The notes: generated by a model from the letters alone, not told the origin. A DNA stretch of 64,000 nucleotides from Alphaproteobacteria bacterium (GCA_965225945.1 CBDDBZ010000035.1:346924-410923); one strand, 5' to 3'. Numbered from the stretch's first letter, positions 51,051 through 62,700 are shown. Translations and numbers: made by a program.

Positions 51051-51154
51051 CGTCCGTGCTTCCGATGGCCGCTCGCGCGGACGTCCGTGCTTCCGATGGC
51101 CGCTCGCGCGGAGTAGAACGTCCGTGCTTCCGATGGCCGCTCGCGCGGAGTAGA
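51051..51154 (+). repeat. Three tandem copies of a 31-bp unit
   Basis: CGTCCGTGCTTCCGATGGCCGCTCGCGCGGA at 51051, 51082, 51119. Confidence 0.92.
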
Positions 51155-51183
51155 TTCGAGCGCGCAATGCACGGTCTCGAAAC

Positions 51184-51909
51184 ATGAGCATCTGGAGCAA
51201 CATAATCCGGGGCGCCGCCGGAATTTCCTTCAATACCCCGATCGGCAGCATCGTCGGTCGCCTGGCCGGTCATGACGTCGAGCGCCGCGCGCGCGAGCGG
51301 CCGCCGACGGACGGCACCAAGCAGGTCGCCTTCACCATCGCCGTGGTCGCGCTCGGCGCCAAGATGGCCAAGGCCGACGGTGTCGTCTCCGAGAACGAGG
51401 TCGAGGCCTTCAAGCAGGTCTTTCACGTGCCGCCGGAGGAGATGAAAAACGTCGGCCGCGTCTTCGACATGGCGCGCAAGGATGCCGCCGGCTACGAGCC
51501 CTATGCCCGCCAGGTCGCGCGGATGTTCCGCGACAACCCGGATGTTCTGGAGGACCTGCTGCACGGCCTCTTCCACATCGCCAAGGCGGACAACGTCATT
51601 CATCCGGCCGAGATCGTCTATCTCGAGGGCGTGGCCCGGATCCTCGGCTTCGACGAGGCCGGCTTCCAGCGCATCCGCGCCCATCACCTGCCGCCCGACG
51701 CCTCCGATCCCTACGTCATCCTCGGCGTCGCCCACGACGCGAGGGACGAGGAGATTCGCGACACCTACCGCGCGCTGGTACGGGAGAACCATCCCGACAA
51801 GCTGATCGCCCGGGGCCTTCCGGAGGAGTTCGTCGCGCTCGGCACCGAGAAGGTGGCCCATTTCAACGAGGCCTTTCGGCGAATTCGCCGCCAGCGCGGC
51901 CTCGGCTGA
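51184..51909 (+). CDS. djlA: DjlA-like co-chaperone (TerB-like + J domain)
   Basis: AFTIAVVALGAKMAKADG, DPYVILGV, HPDKL. Confidence 0.88.
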   Translation: MSIWSNIIRGAAGISFNTPIGSIVGRLAGHDVERRARERPPTDGTKQVAFTIAVVALGAKMAKADGVVSENEVEAFKQVFHVPPEEMKNVGRVFDMARKDAAGYEPYARQVARMFRDNPDVLEDLLHGLFHIAKADNVIHPAEIVYLEGVARILGFDEAGFQRIRAHHLPPDASDPYVILGVAHDARDEEIRDTYRALVRENHPDKLIARGLPEEFVALGTEKVAHFNEAFRRIRRQRGLG

Positions 51910-51920
51910 GGCGACGCCCG

Positions 51921-52604
51921 GTGCGCCACGCCTCGCCCAATCACGATGCCCGCCGGGGCGAGGCGGAAATCGACATGCTGGTGCTGCACTACACCGGCAT
52001 GGCGAGCCGGGCGGCGGCGCTGGCGCGGCTCTGCGATCCCGCCGCCAAGGTGAGCGCGCACTATCTGATCGACGAAACGGGCGAGGTCACTCCGCTGGTG
52101 GCGGAAGAGCGCCGCGCCTGGCACGCGGGCGTCTCCTGGTGGGCCGGCGAGCGCGACGTCAACAGCCGCTCGATCGGCATCGAGCTGGTCAATCCCGGCC
52201 ACTACCTGGGCTACCATGGCTTTCCCGAGGCGCAGATGCGGGCGCTGGAGGTGCTGGCGGGCGAGATCGTGGCGCGCCATCCGATTCCATCGCATCGAAT
52301 CCTCGGCCATTCCGACGTCGCGCCCGCCCGCAAGGCCGACCCGGGGGAGCTGTTCGACTGGCGCCGCCTGGCCGAGGCGGGCATCGGCCTCTGGCCGAAT
52401 TCGGCGCCGCCTCGGACCTGGTCGAGCGAGGCGACCCGGGCCGGCCTCGGGCGGCTCGGCTACGAGCTCTCGGAAACCGACTCGATTGCCGTGCTGGTGG
52501 CCTTTCAGCGCCACTGGCGGGCGAGCCGGGTCGATGGCGTGGCGGATGGGGAAACGGTCGGCCGGCTGGCGGCTTTGCTTGACCTGGTGGCGGAGTCGGC
52601 CTAA
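51921..52604 (+). CDS. N-acetylmuramoyl-L-alanine amidase (Amidase_2)
   Basis: SPN, LHYTGM, VSAHYLI, RAWHAG, SIGIE, GHSDVAPARKADPG. Confidence 0.93.
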   Translation: MRHASPNHDARRGEAEIDMLVLHYTGMASRAAALARLCDPAAKVSAHYLIDETGEVTPLVAEERRAWHAGVSWWAGERDVNSRSIGIELVNPGHYLGYHGFPEAQMRALEVLAGEIVARHPIPSHRILGHSDVAPARKADPGELFDWRRLAEAGIGLWPNSAPPRTWSSEATRAGLGRLGYELSETDSIAVLVAFQRHWRASRVDGVADGETVGRLAALLDLVAESA

Positions 52605-52613
52605 CTCGTCTCC

Positions 52614-53014
<401 letters not shown>

Positions 53015-53295
53015 CCACCTTTCCAGGTCACCTCCGCGACACAAGGCTGCAAAACCTTCTTTCCCAAATCGATCCCGATCAGCATAATCTCGCGGCTGGA
53101 TCTTTTCTCCGTTCCAAGGGCGATCGGATGAGGGCGGCGGGGCCGCTTCGCCGAAGCATAGCGACCCCGCCCGAGGAAAGGTCCATACCATTGTTGCGAG
53201 CATGGGTCGGATGAGGCGGCACGATACTCAACTCACGAGTCAAGTATTTTGCGCCCTTATCCTCTCTGTCGCCCGCCAAGGAAGCGAGAGAGCAT

Positions 53296-54708
53296 ATGAG
53301 TGAGGAGCGTTACGACGTCGTCTTCATCGGCGGCGGACCCGGCGGTTACATCGGCGCGATTCGGGCGGCGCAGTTGGGCCTCGAGACCGCGTCGGTGGAG
53401 CTGCGCCCGAGCTTGGGCGGCACCTGCCTCAACGTCGGCTGCATCCCGTCGAAGGCGCTGCTGGAATCCTCGCACCTCTACGCCCAATCGAAGGCGGAGC
53501 TCGGCCATCACGGCGTCGTCGCCGGCGACGTCGGTCTCGACCTCGCCACCATGCTGGGGCGCAAGGACAAGGTGGTCGACGATCTGACCAAGGGAATCGC
53601 CTTCCTGTTCAAGAAGAACAAGGTGACCCGCCTCGAAGGCCGGGGCCGCCTCGCCGCCGCCGGCAGCGTCGTCGTCACGGCCGAGGACGGGAGCGAACGG
53701 GTCCTGGCAAGCGACAACGTCGTGCTCGCCACCGGCTCCGAGCCGATGGAGCTTCCCGGCGTCGAGATCGACGAGGAGCGCATCGTCTCTTCCACCGGCG
53801 CGCTGGTCCTGCCCAAGGTGCCGAAACGTCTGGTGGTGATCGGCGCCGGCTATATCGGGCTGGAGCTCGGCTCGGTCTGGGGCCGGCTCGGCGCCGAGGT
53901 GGTGGTGGTGGAGTTCCTCGACCGGATCACGCCGGGCATGGACGCGGAGTTGGCCAAGAACCTGCAACGCATGTTGACCCGCCAGGGGATGGATTTCCGC
54001 CTGAAGACCAAGGTCACCGGTGCCAAGAGGTCACGCGGCGGGGTGAATTTGACGCTCGAGCCGGCGGCGGGCGGTGAAGCGGAGAGCCTGAAGGGCGACG
54101 TCGTCCTGGTCTCGATCGGCCGCCGCCCCTTCACCGATGGGCTCGGCCTCGCCGAGGCGGGCGTGACCCTCGACGAGCGCGGCTTCGTGCCGGTCGACGA
54201 ATATTTCCAGACCAACCTCGAGGGCGTCTTCGCCATCGGTGATCTGTTGCCGGGAACGCCGATGCTGGCGCACAAGGCCGAGGAGGAGGGCGTCGCCGTC
54301 GCCGAGCTGATCGCTGGCCACGACGGCCACGTCAACTACGAGGCCATTCCGGGCGTGGTCTACACCTGGCCCGAGGCGGCCGCCGTCGGCAAGACGGAGG
54401 AGGAGTTGAAGGCCGCCGGAATTCGCTACAAGGTCGGCAAATTCTCCTTCCTCGCCAACGCCCGCGCCCGGGCCAACGGTGACGCCGACGGCTTCGTCAA
54501 GCTCTTGGCCGACGCTGGCACCGACCGGCTGCTGGGGGCGCATATTCTGGGGCCCGACGCGGGCACGATGATCTCCGAGCTGGTGCTGGCGCTGGAATAC
54601 GGCGCCAGCGCCGAGGACGTGGCCCGCACCTGCCATGCCCATCCCACCTTGAACGAGGCGGTGAAGGAAGCCGCCCTCGGCATCGAGGGCCGCACCCTCA
54701 ACGCCTGA
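53296..54708 (+). CDS. lpdA: Dihydrolipoamide dehydrogenase
   Basis: GGGPGGY, GGTCLNVGCIPSKAL, LAHKAEEEG, HAHPTLNE. Confidence 0.96.
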   Translation: MSEERYDVVFIGGGPGGYIGAIRAAQLGLETASVELRPSLGGTCLNVGCIPSKALLESSHLYAQSKAELGHHGVVAGDVGLDLATMLGRKDKVVDDLTKGIAFLFKKNKVTRLEGRGRLAAAGSVVVTAEDGSERVLASDNVVLATGSEPMELPGVEIDEERIVSSTGALVLPKVPKRLVVIGAGYIGLELGSVWGRLGAEVVVVEFLDRITPGMDAELAKNLQRMLTRQGMDFRLKTKVTGAKRSRGGVNLTLEPAAGGEAESLKGDVVLVSIGRRPFTDGLGLAEAGVTLDERGFVPVDEYFQTNLEGVFAIGDLLPGTPMLAHKAEEEGVAVAELIAGHDGHVNYEAIPGVVYTWPEAAAVGKTEEELKAAGIRYKVGKFSFLANARARANGDADGFVKLLADAGTDRLLGAHILGPDAGTMISELVLALEYGASAEDVARTCHAHPTLNEAVKEAALGIEGRTLNA

Positions 54709-54746
54709 GCCGCGACCAATTACCACCATATTCCAGGAGGACCGCC

Positions 54747-55040
54747 ATGCCCGTCGCCTATGCCATCGCCCAGATCGACGTCCATGATCCCGAGACCTAT
54801 GCCAAATACACCGCCCGGACGCCGGCCTCGGTGGCGGCGTTCGGCGGTGCGTTCGTGGTCCGCGCCGGGCGCTGGGAAGCGATCGAGGGCGATGCACCGC
54901 GCTCCCGCGTCGTGGTGATCGAGTTCCCGAGCTTCGAAGCGGCCAAGGCCTGGTACGGCTCGGAGAGCTATCAGGCGATTGTGCCGATCCGCCAATCCGC
55001 CTCCGAGGGAAGCCTCTTCTTCGTCGAGGGCGCGGAATAG
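54747..55040 (+). CDS. DUF1330 family protein
   Basis: YAKY...FGG.F..RAG..EAIEG...RVVVIEFPS..AAKAWYGSESYQ. Confidence 0.9.
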   Translation: MPVAYAIAQIDVHDPETYAKYTARTPASVAAFGGAFVVRAGRWEAIEGDAPRSRVVVIEFPSFEAAKAWYGSESYQAIVPIRQSASEGSLFFVEGAE

Positions 55041-55150
55041 GCCGAACCCCGCCGGGGCGCTTGTGAGCCGCGCCCGTCGCCTTACAATGATCCCCGCAAG
55101 ATCGTTGCTTGCCGCCCACGGGGTCCCCGGAACGGAGGCGGGTGCGAACG

Positions 55151-56551
55151 ATGACACGTGGCAAGAAGGTCCTGATCGGCCTCGTGGTGCTGGCCCTGCT
55201 CGCGGGTGGCGCCACGTTCGCCTTTTTCGAGCTCACCCGTACCGATCGCTTCCTGAAAGACGTCACCTGGAATGGCCCCGCCGGGTGGAGCGAGGCGGCG
55301 ATCGCCGCGCATCGCGAGAAGATCGACTATCTGGTGGCCCGGGTGGCCAGCGAGCCCGCGATCCGCTTCGAGGCCGAGAGCTTGATCGAGTCTCTCGCGC
55401 TCTCCCCCGATGATCCCACCGACGCGTGGGCCAAGCTGAGGCTCGAGTTCGCGGGGCGCGTCCTCGCGGCCGATCCGCCGAAGGCCACCGACCGTCTGGT
55501 CGAACAAGCGCTCATTGCGCGCGTTGCCCACGATGCACCCGAGGTGCTCGCGTGGTTGGCGGATTCCGACGAGAATCGGAACGTCACCGAGTTCTATTTC
55601 AAGATCTTGCACGATCTCTCGTCACGGAAGTGGGCGGAGAAGCGCGACGCGGGCTTCGACGTCGTTATCCGGGAACTGACGCTCCGCGGTCAGGTGAACA
55701 GCCGACAACTCGCCGAAGCCGTGCTTCGGCTGGCAACCGAAGGGAAAATGGCGCGGGCGGAAGCCGTATTGCGGGCCCGCTACCGAGAGCCGGTGATGAC
55801 GGACGCCCTCATCGAACGGTTGGAGGAGATCATGGCGAGCGATTCGGGGACGCCGGCGATCGAGCGCTACGTCGACCATGTTCGCGCGCTCGATCCCTTT
55901 ATCGCCGGTCTCGTCGAGGCCCGGGCGATCCATCGCGGTGTCGGCGGGCCCGGCACCGCCGGCCGCAGGTTGGCCGACCTCCTGCGCGGCGACCCGGGCC
56001 CCAAGGTCAGGTACTTGCTGGCGGGCACTCTCGGCGGGCCAACGCCGCTCACCACGCTCGGGGCCGGAGCGATTCCGGCCCTTCGCGAGGCCTTCGACGC
56101 GAACCTGGACGGCGATGTCGCCGCCGGACGCAACATCGAGGCGCTCGCCCGTGCGATCGCGGAGCTGGACGCCGACTACGCCGCGCTTCGCGTCGAGCGG
56201 GCGCTGCTGGCGATCGAGGGGGAAGCGTTCCGGCTCGCACGCATCGAGGACAAGAAGAGCGGCGAATGCCGCAAAGACGAGGACGCGAATGGACGGCGGA
56301 TCGGCGCGGTCCGCGAGGCATTGTCGGCGCTGAGGCTCGACACCGACTCGCCGCTGGTCGACCCGACCTATTTCAAGGCGCTCGGCTCGGTGTCGCCGAG
56401 CGTGTTGAAGATCGCGGCCGAGTCGTTGAAGATCCGGATGAACGGCGAAGCGTTCGCCAATGCCCTCTTCCCCTTCGTCACCCGGAAGAAGCGCTACAAG
56501 ATCAGCGAGCTGGAGACCTACACCCAGGCTCTCCTCAAGTATAAATATTAA
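55151..56551 (+). CDS. Membrane-anchored helical-repeat hypothetical protein, possibly 3'-truncated
   Basis: N-terminal TM segment, host-like codon usage; ends at an abrupt AT-rich junction. Confidence 0.65.
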   Translation: MTRGKKVLIGLVVLALLAGGATFAFFELTRTDRFLKDVTWNGPAGWSEAAIAAHREKIDYLVARVASEPAIRFEAESLIESLALSPDDPTDAWAKLRLEFAGRVLAADPPKATDRLVEQALIARVAHDAPEVLAWLADSDENRNVTEFYFKILHDLSSRKWAEKRDAGFDVVIRELTLRGQVNSRQLAEAVLRLATEGKMARAEAVLRARYREPVMTDALIERLEEIMASDSGTPAIERYVDHVRALDPFIAGLVEARAIHRGVGGPGTAGRRLADLLRGDPGPKVRYLLAGTLGGPTPLTTLGAGAIPALREAFDANLDGDVAAGRNIEALARAIAELDADYAALRVERALLAIEGEAFRLARIEDKKSGECRKDEDANGRRIGAVREALSALRLDTDSPLVDPTYFKALGSVSPSVLKIAAESLKIRMNGEAFANALFPFVTRKKRYKISELETYTQALLKYKY

Positions 56552-56651
56552 ACTGACTTTCGGCGACACGCGTGCGCCAACATACGCAGAGGTATGATAA
56601 ATGACGCTATTTCAATAGCTTGATGTCTTCTCTGATCCATTGACCTCGCGC

Positions 56652-56681
56652 CAAACACGTGCTCCAATGCGCACGTGTTTG
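56652..56681. other. Candidate tyrosine-recombinase core site (11-8-11 inverted repeat)
   Basis: CAAACACGTGC-TCCAATGC-GCACGTGTTTG, 76 bp upstream of integrase 1. Confidence 0.45.
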
Positions 56682-56757
56682 ATGCCGCTCGCTTCCGTAG
56701 TGCTTACGATACCGAAGACGGCGATCGGCAGCGAGAAGCGAACGGGGACCCGATCCG

Positions 56758-57954
56758 ATGCCAAGACGAGCCGAGCTCACAATCTCCAAACGAACCGTCG
56801 ACCGGCTGGCCGTCGAGGGAAGGGACGCGGTCTTCTGGGATCGCGAACTGGCCGGCTTCGGAGTCCGCGTCTATCCGTCCGGGCGCAAGATCTATGTGGT
56901 GCAGAGCCGCGGACCGGGCGGATCGAAGCGCATTACCCTGGGCCGGCATGGCGAGCTCACCGTCGAGCAGGCGCGCAAACAGGCGGTTGCCGTCATCGAC
57001 CGCATCAAAAGGGGCGAGAACCCGGTGGCGGCACCGCCCGAGCCCGCGTTCACCGTTGCCGATCTGGCGGAGCGGTACATGGAGGCGCATGTGGCGGTGA
57101 ACTGTAACGCGCACACCCAGGGGATCTACCGGGGATCGCTCGACAACCACATCCTGCCGGCGCTGGGAAAGATGCCGATCGCTTCGGTGGGCCGGTCCGA
57201 AGCGGCGGCGCTGCACTACGAGCTCCGCAACACCCCCCGGGCAGCGAACCGGGCGCTCATGGTGCTGTCCAAGATGTTCTCGTTGGCCGAGGACTGGGGG
57301 CTGGCTCCGGCTGGCGGCAACCCCTGCCGTTTCGTGCGCAAGTACAAGGAAGGCAAGCGCGAGCGATTTCTCACGGAGGATGAATACAGGCGGATAGGCT
57401 GCGAGCTGTGCGTCCTGGAAGCCGAGGGTCCGTTACCGGCGCGCGCCGCGGCGGCGCTGCGGTTGCTGATGCTGACCGGGTGCCGGCTCAACGAGATTCT
57501 AACCCTGCGATGGGACGATGTGGACCGGAAGGCGGGGGAGCTGCGCCTGCGTGACGCCAAGACGGGCGCGCGCATGGTGCCTTTGACCCCCACCGCGATA
57601 GACGTTCTGGCAGGGATTGACCGTGTTCCGCGGAGCTCCTGGGTGTTCACCGGGGCCAAACCGGACAGGCGCCTGTCGCAACTCACCACGTACTGGCATC
57701 GCGTGCGGGCGTGGGCCGGGGTGGAAGACGTGCGGATCCACGATTTGCGACATTCCTTCGCCAGCAGGGCCCTGGCGCTCGGCGAGAGCCTGACCATGAT
57801 CGGGCGGCTTCTCGGGCACACCGACGTCGGGAGCACGGCGCGTTACGCGCACCTGGCGCGGGATGCCGAGAAGACCGCGGTGGCCCGGGTGGGCGGCAGC
57901 ATCGAGGCCGACATCCTGCGGACGGAGAGCGCCGCGCAGAGAGCCAAGGCGTAA
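56758..57954 (+). CDS. Tyrosine integrase with N-terminal arm-binding domain (copy 1)
   Basis: WDRELAGFGVRV; catalytic LTGCR, KTG, HDLRH, LGH, TARYAH. Confidence 0.95.
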   Translation: MPRRAELTISKRTVDRLAVEGRDAVFWDRELAGFGVRVYPSGRKIYVVQSRGPGGSKRITLGRHGELTVEQARKQAVAVIDRIKRGENPVAAPPEPAFTVADLAERYMEAHVAVNCNAHTQGIYRGSLDNHILPALGKMPIASVGRSEAAALHYELRNTPRAANRALMVLSKMFSLAEDWGLAPAGGNPCRFVRKYKEGKRERFLTEDEYRRIGCELCVLEAEGPLPARAAAALRLLMLTGCRLNEILTLRWDDVDRKAGELRLRDAKTGARMVPLTPTAIDVLAGIDRVPRSSWVFTGAKPDRRLSQLTTYWHRVRAWAGVEDVRIHDLRHSFASRALALGESLTMIGRLLGHTDVGSTARYAHLARDAEKTAVARVGGSIEADILRTESAAQRAKA

Positions 57955-57984
57955 CAGGCGGATTCGTGGAAAGGGAGCGGAGGC

Positions 57985-59154
57985 ATGGCGAAGCTGCAAT
58001 ACCGGTCGCTGTCGAATCGCGTTGTCGACCGGCTGTCTGTCGAGGGCAAGGACGTCATCTACTGGGATCGGGATCTTCCGGGCTTCGGGGTGAGGGTGTA
58101 TCGCTCGGGAGCCCGGGTCTATCTGGTGCAGGGCCGCGGGCCCGGCGGGTCGAAGCGGATTGCGGTCGGCCGGCACGGGGTGATCTCCGCCGACGAGGCA
58201 CGGCGGCGGGGGGCGATGTTGCTGACCCGCATCAAGGCGGGGGAGGAGCTGGAGCCTCGGCCGGGCACGGCAGCCAGGCCGACGGTGGGCGAACTCGCGG
58301 AAAGATATCTCCGGGAGCATGTGGCGGTGCGGTGCAAGCCGAACACGGCCAGGGGATATCGCCGGGTGATCGCCAAGTACATTTTGCCCACGCTTGGCAA
58401 GCTGCCGGCAGCCGCGCTCGGGCGCGAACATGTCGCCGACCTGCACCACCGTCTGCGCATGACGCCCGCCGCGGCGAACGAGGCGGTCGGCGCTCTGTCG
58501 CGCATTTTCAATCAGGCGGAAGCGTGGGGGCTGGTCCCGGCGGGTGGCAACCCCTGCCGCTTCGTGACCAAGTACAGGTCGCGCCGGCTTGAGCGCTTCC
58601 TGACGGAGGAGGAGTTCCGCCGTCTCGGCCGGGTGCTGGACGAGCTGGAGGCGGAGGAACGGCTTCCGGTGTACGCGGCGGCGGCGCTGCGGTTGCTGAT
58701 GCTGACCGGGTGCCGATGCAGCGAGATCATGACCCTGAGGTGGGAGGACGTGCATCTCGAGGTGAGCGAGATCCGGCTCCGCGACAGCAAGACCGGTCCG
58801 CGCGTGGTTCCGTTGTCGCCGGCGGCGGCGAGGGTTCTGGCAGGCTTGCCGCACGCTGCCGACAATCCCTGGGTGATCGCGGGCCGCAAACCGGGCACGC
58901 GGCTGTCGCACATCGCTTACCACTGGTATCGCGTGCGGGACCGCGCCGACCTTGAAGACGTCCGGCTCCACGACCTCCGACACAGCTTCGCCTCACGTGC
59001 CCTGGCGCTGGGCGAGAGCCTGCCGATGATCGGCAAGTTGCTGGGGCACACCAAGATCCAGACGACGGCTCGCTATGCCCATCTCGCGCGCGATTCGGTG
59101 CAGGAATCGGCGGCCCGGGTTGCCGCCAGCATCGGCGCGGACATACTGCCTTAA
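57985..59154 (+). CDS. Tyrosine integrase with N-terminal arm-binding domain (copy 2)
   Basis: WDRDLPGFGVRV; catalytic LTGCR, KTG, HDLRH, LGH, TARYAH. Confidence 0.95.
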   Translation: MAKLQYRSLSNRVVDRLSVEGKDVIYWDRDLPGFGVRVYRSGARVYLVQGRGPGGSKRIAVGRHGVISADEARRRGAMLLTRIKAGEELEPRPGTAARPTVGELAERYLREHVAVRCKPNTARGYRRVIAKYILPTLGKLPAAALGREHVADLHHRLRMTPAAANEAVGALSRIFNQAEAWGLVPAGGNPCRFVTKYRSRRLERFLTEEEFRRLGRVLDELEAEERLPVYAAAALRLLMLTGCRCSEIMTLRWEDVHLEVSEIRLRDSKTGPRVVPLSPAAARVLAGLPHAADNPWVIAGRKPGTRLSHIAYHWYRVRDRADLEDVRLHDLRHSFASRALALGESLPMIGKLLGHTKIQTTARYAHLARDSVQESAARVAASIGADILP

Positions 59155-59750
59155 AGCTCCGCCAAGGGTATCGATGCGACGGTTCTCCCCTGAGCACCGA
59201 TTCGGGTACGAGCGGTGATTTAAAAACGGCCGCGCCGGATCGGTCCTCGCCCGGCTTGCGCCTGCCGGCATATCGCCGCATGCCGGGCAATGCGGCGGAT
59301 TCGACCGGTCCATCCGAACTCGCTTCCGTGTAGCCGGAGAAAGCTGGGATTTTCGGGTCGTGGTGCCGATCAGCCACAACCGCCAACTGATTGACCTGTC
59401 GATCGAATTCGGTGCTTGAAATTCGGTGCTTGAAATGATTCGGTAGTTGTGGTTGCGTTCGCCTGCTCGACCCTTCGGGGGATGGGCGCAGGCGACAAGA
59501 AGCCGTGGAGGGAGTAGACGACTTGGCAGTCTTCCACCCATGTGGACCGCAGGGGCAACTGGTATCCGAGGATGCTCGTTGCCAAGGCGACCTACGCGGA
59601 GGAGCCCTTGTCTGTATCGACACGGCGGAGAAGGTCCGATATGCTTGTCAGCGTGCCGCTTGATGCTGTACATCCGCGGCTGACGCTGTAACCTAGTTGA
59701 AGGCCTCGTCTCGAGGCCACCGCTCAACTTTCGAGAGGAGAGCCTTGAAG

Positions 59751-62700
59751 ATGTCTATACAAAAAAACTTGATCACGCTGTGCTCAGCTGCCGTGCTCAC
59801 GCTCGGTCTCGCCGCGTGCGGCGGTGGTAGCGACAGCGATCAAGCGGCGGCGCCGGACCGGACGCCTCCGCCCCCCACGACCGCTGATCCTCTCCCCACG
59901 GCAGATGAACAGCTCACGATGGCGCAGGACGCGGTCACGGCTGCGGAGACGGCCGTAGCTGCCGCAACCACTCCCGCTCAGATCTCGGCGGCTTATGCTG
60001 CCTTGGCTGCGGCTCAGGTGCAGCTTGCGACTGCCGAGAGCATTCCGGAGAACCAGATCGCACTGCTGCGCGACCGGATCATCCAGATCCAGATGGATCT
60101 GGATGACGCAACGATGCTGGCCGGCCAGCGTGACAGCGTGGGCACGGCCTTGACCGCCGCGCAGACTGCGGTCAGCGATTTGTCGGCGACTTCCACCGAC
60201 GAGGAAGCGGCGGCGGCGAATGCTGCGGTCACGGCGGCGCAGACGGCGCTTGCCAATGCGTCGGCTCTTCCGGCGGACGACGCTCTGCATACGTCGGTGG
60301 CTGCGGTTGCCACCGCACTTGAGAGTGTCCAGATGATGCGGACCGTCCATTCCCAGCAGGGGATGGTGGACGCGGCGTTGATGGCGGCGCAGACGGCGGT
60401 GGGCGGCTTGTCGAACGCCTCCACCGACGACGAAGTGGCGGCGGCGAGAGACGCGGTCATGGCGGCGCAGGCGGAGCTTGCGTTGGCGACGGATCTGTCG
60501 GCGGACGACCCCCGGCATGCGTCGGTCATGGGTGTGTACGACAGTCTCGGCGATGCCGCGACGATGCGGACCGCGGAGATGGAACGTCAGGCGATTGAAG
60601 GCTTGATCGGCATGGCGAATACGGCCGTTGGCGGTTTGGACCAAGTTACCTCCTCCGGAACGGCTGTCTCGGAGGCGCGCGCTGCGGTGATGGCCGTGAC
60701 AGAGGCCATTGTAGCGTCAACGGCGTTGACGGAGGAGCAGAGGGCCGACCTGAGCGCAGAGATCTCGGCTGCCAATATGAGTCTCATGGGGATCGACGAC
60801 TTCCGGTCGACGGCGGACGGGCAGTTGAAGGTCGCCGAAGCGGCGCTTACTCACGCGCAGGGGCTAGTGGATGACCTGATGCCGACTTCGACGGCGGCGC
60901 AGGCAGCGGAGGCCTACGGCGCGTTGGAGATGCCCAAGCGGCGATTCACGCTGCGAGGGCCCTGCCGGAGAACGTGATCGCGCGTCTGACTGACGCACTC
61001 ACGACAGCGAACGACGACCTTGGAGACGCCAACAGGCTGGCTGGCGAACGGAAGACGGTTGGGGATGCGATTGTTGCTGCTACGACGGAGATCGCTGCCC
61101 TGAATGCCGACTCCACCGAAATGGACGTCGAAGCCGCTAAGGCATTGGTAACGGCGGCACAGACGGCTGTCAGCAATACGATGGAGATGAGTGAGGACGA
61201 GAAGGCCGGCTGGTACAGCAAATTGCCGGTCTGGGTACGCAAATCGGCAACGTCGAGACGCTGCAGATGGCTGCGGAAACCGAGCGTATGCAGACCGAGC
61301 AACGGAATGCCGCGCTGAGTGCGCTCTCAATGGCCCAAGCGGCGATCAATGGCCTGAACGACGAGTCCACCGATGCGCAGGTGACAGCCGCGAGGGACTT
61401 GGTGACGGCGGCTCAGGATGCCCTGGACGTGGCGACGGGTCTGTCGCAGTCGGAGAGGGACGGCCTGACGTCGTTGGTCACTACCGCGAGCACGTCGGTC
61501 ACTGGCTACGAAACGATCGTGGAAGCCCGGCCTGATCCGGCAGTCGTAGCGGCGAACACCAAAGCGGCGGAGACCAAAGAGGAGGCCATTGAAGACGAAG
61601 ACAAGCAACCCGCCCATGCCGATAACGATATCGGTGGCACTGCCAATGCTGCCAATTACTCCATGACCATCGAACGCCCTCGCGTCGGCAGCACGGTGAT
61701 CAAGATCGCCGACACTGACAATCCGGCGGATGCCGACCCCCCAAGCCCGCAATTCACGCAAGCCATGGTCTTGGGTGAAGGACGCACCATGCACACTCGT
61801 GTGATGGAAGCGGATGACGACGGCGACGTGGTGGAAGAAGTCGTGATCGTCAGAACCGACATCCAAGCGGCCAAGGCGACGCTGTTCGCGAAGGTGGCGG
61901 GGCAGGCGCTGGACGCCCGTGACCTTGATATCGAAGTGAACGCGGATAGAAAGGGCTCCGCCATCGACGACTATACCGCTCTCACGGTTAAGTTGGGCGG
62001 TAGCCCCGATGAAACTGCCGCTGTTCTCAAGCTGGTCAAGTCGCCTAAGTTCACCGCAGGCACCGTGGCTACGTTGGAGTTCCCCTACAAGCAAGCGGAC
62101 ACCAACGTCAACGACAACGTAGATGACTCTGTGGCGGCATTCGAAGGTCCGGGCACCTACAACGGCTCAGACGGCACATACAGGTGCGATGGCGCCGCCG
62201 CCTGCACGGTCATGCTCAACGCGAAGGGTATGATCACGACCATGAGCGGGGTCTGGATCTTCACTCCCGCTCCGGGTGTTACCTCCGACGTGCCGGACGC
62301 CGACTTCATGCACTACGGCGCCTGGCTGCAGAAGACGACGGACGAGGATAGCGTGGTCGAGTACGACGAGGTCGAGACCTTCGCCGAATCGTCGATTGAC
62401 AAAACCGACAGCGTTGATGCGGTTATAGGCAGCGCAACCTATGAAGGCGGTGCCACGGGCGTGTACGTGCATGCCGTGACCAACTCGGACGGCACGCGTG
62501 CTTCGGCCACCTCAGTCACTTCACGGCGGATGCCGAGTTGACGGCGTACTTCGATCAGTCGGTGAATGACCCTGATACCGCGTTTGACGAAGCAGACCGG
62601 ATCGCACCGGCACTGTTGCACACACTGTCCGGCACCATCGACAACTTCGATCTGTCCGGTCATGACACGGGCCCCGGATGGTCGGTGACGTTGCAGGGTC

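Noticed and set aside
51051-51154. Possible CRISPR array
   Set aside because: The repeats abut or are separated by only 6 bp; there are no unique spacers and no cas genes.
56552-56757. tRNA/tmRNA integration site beside the integrases
   Set aside because: No tRNA-like sequence is recognisable.
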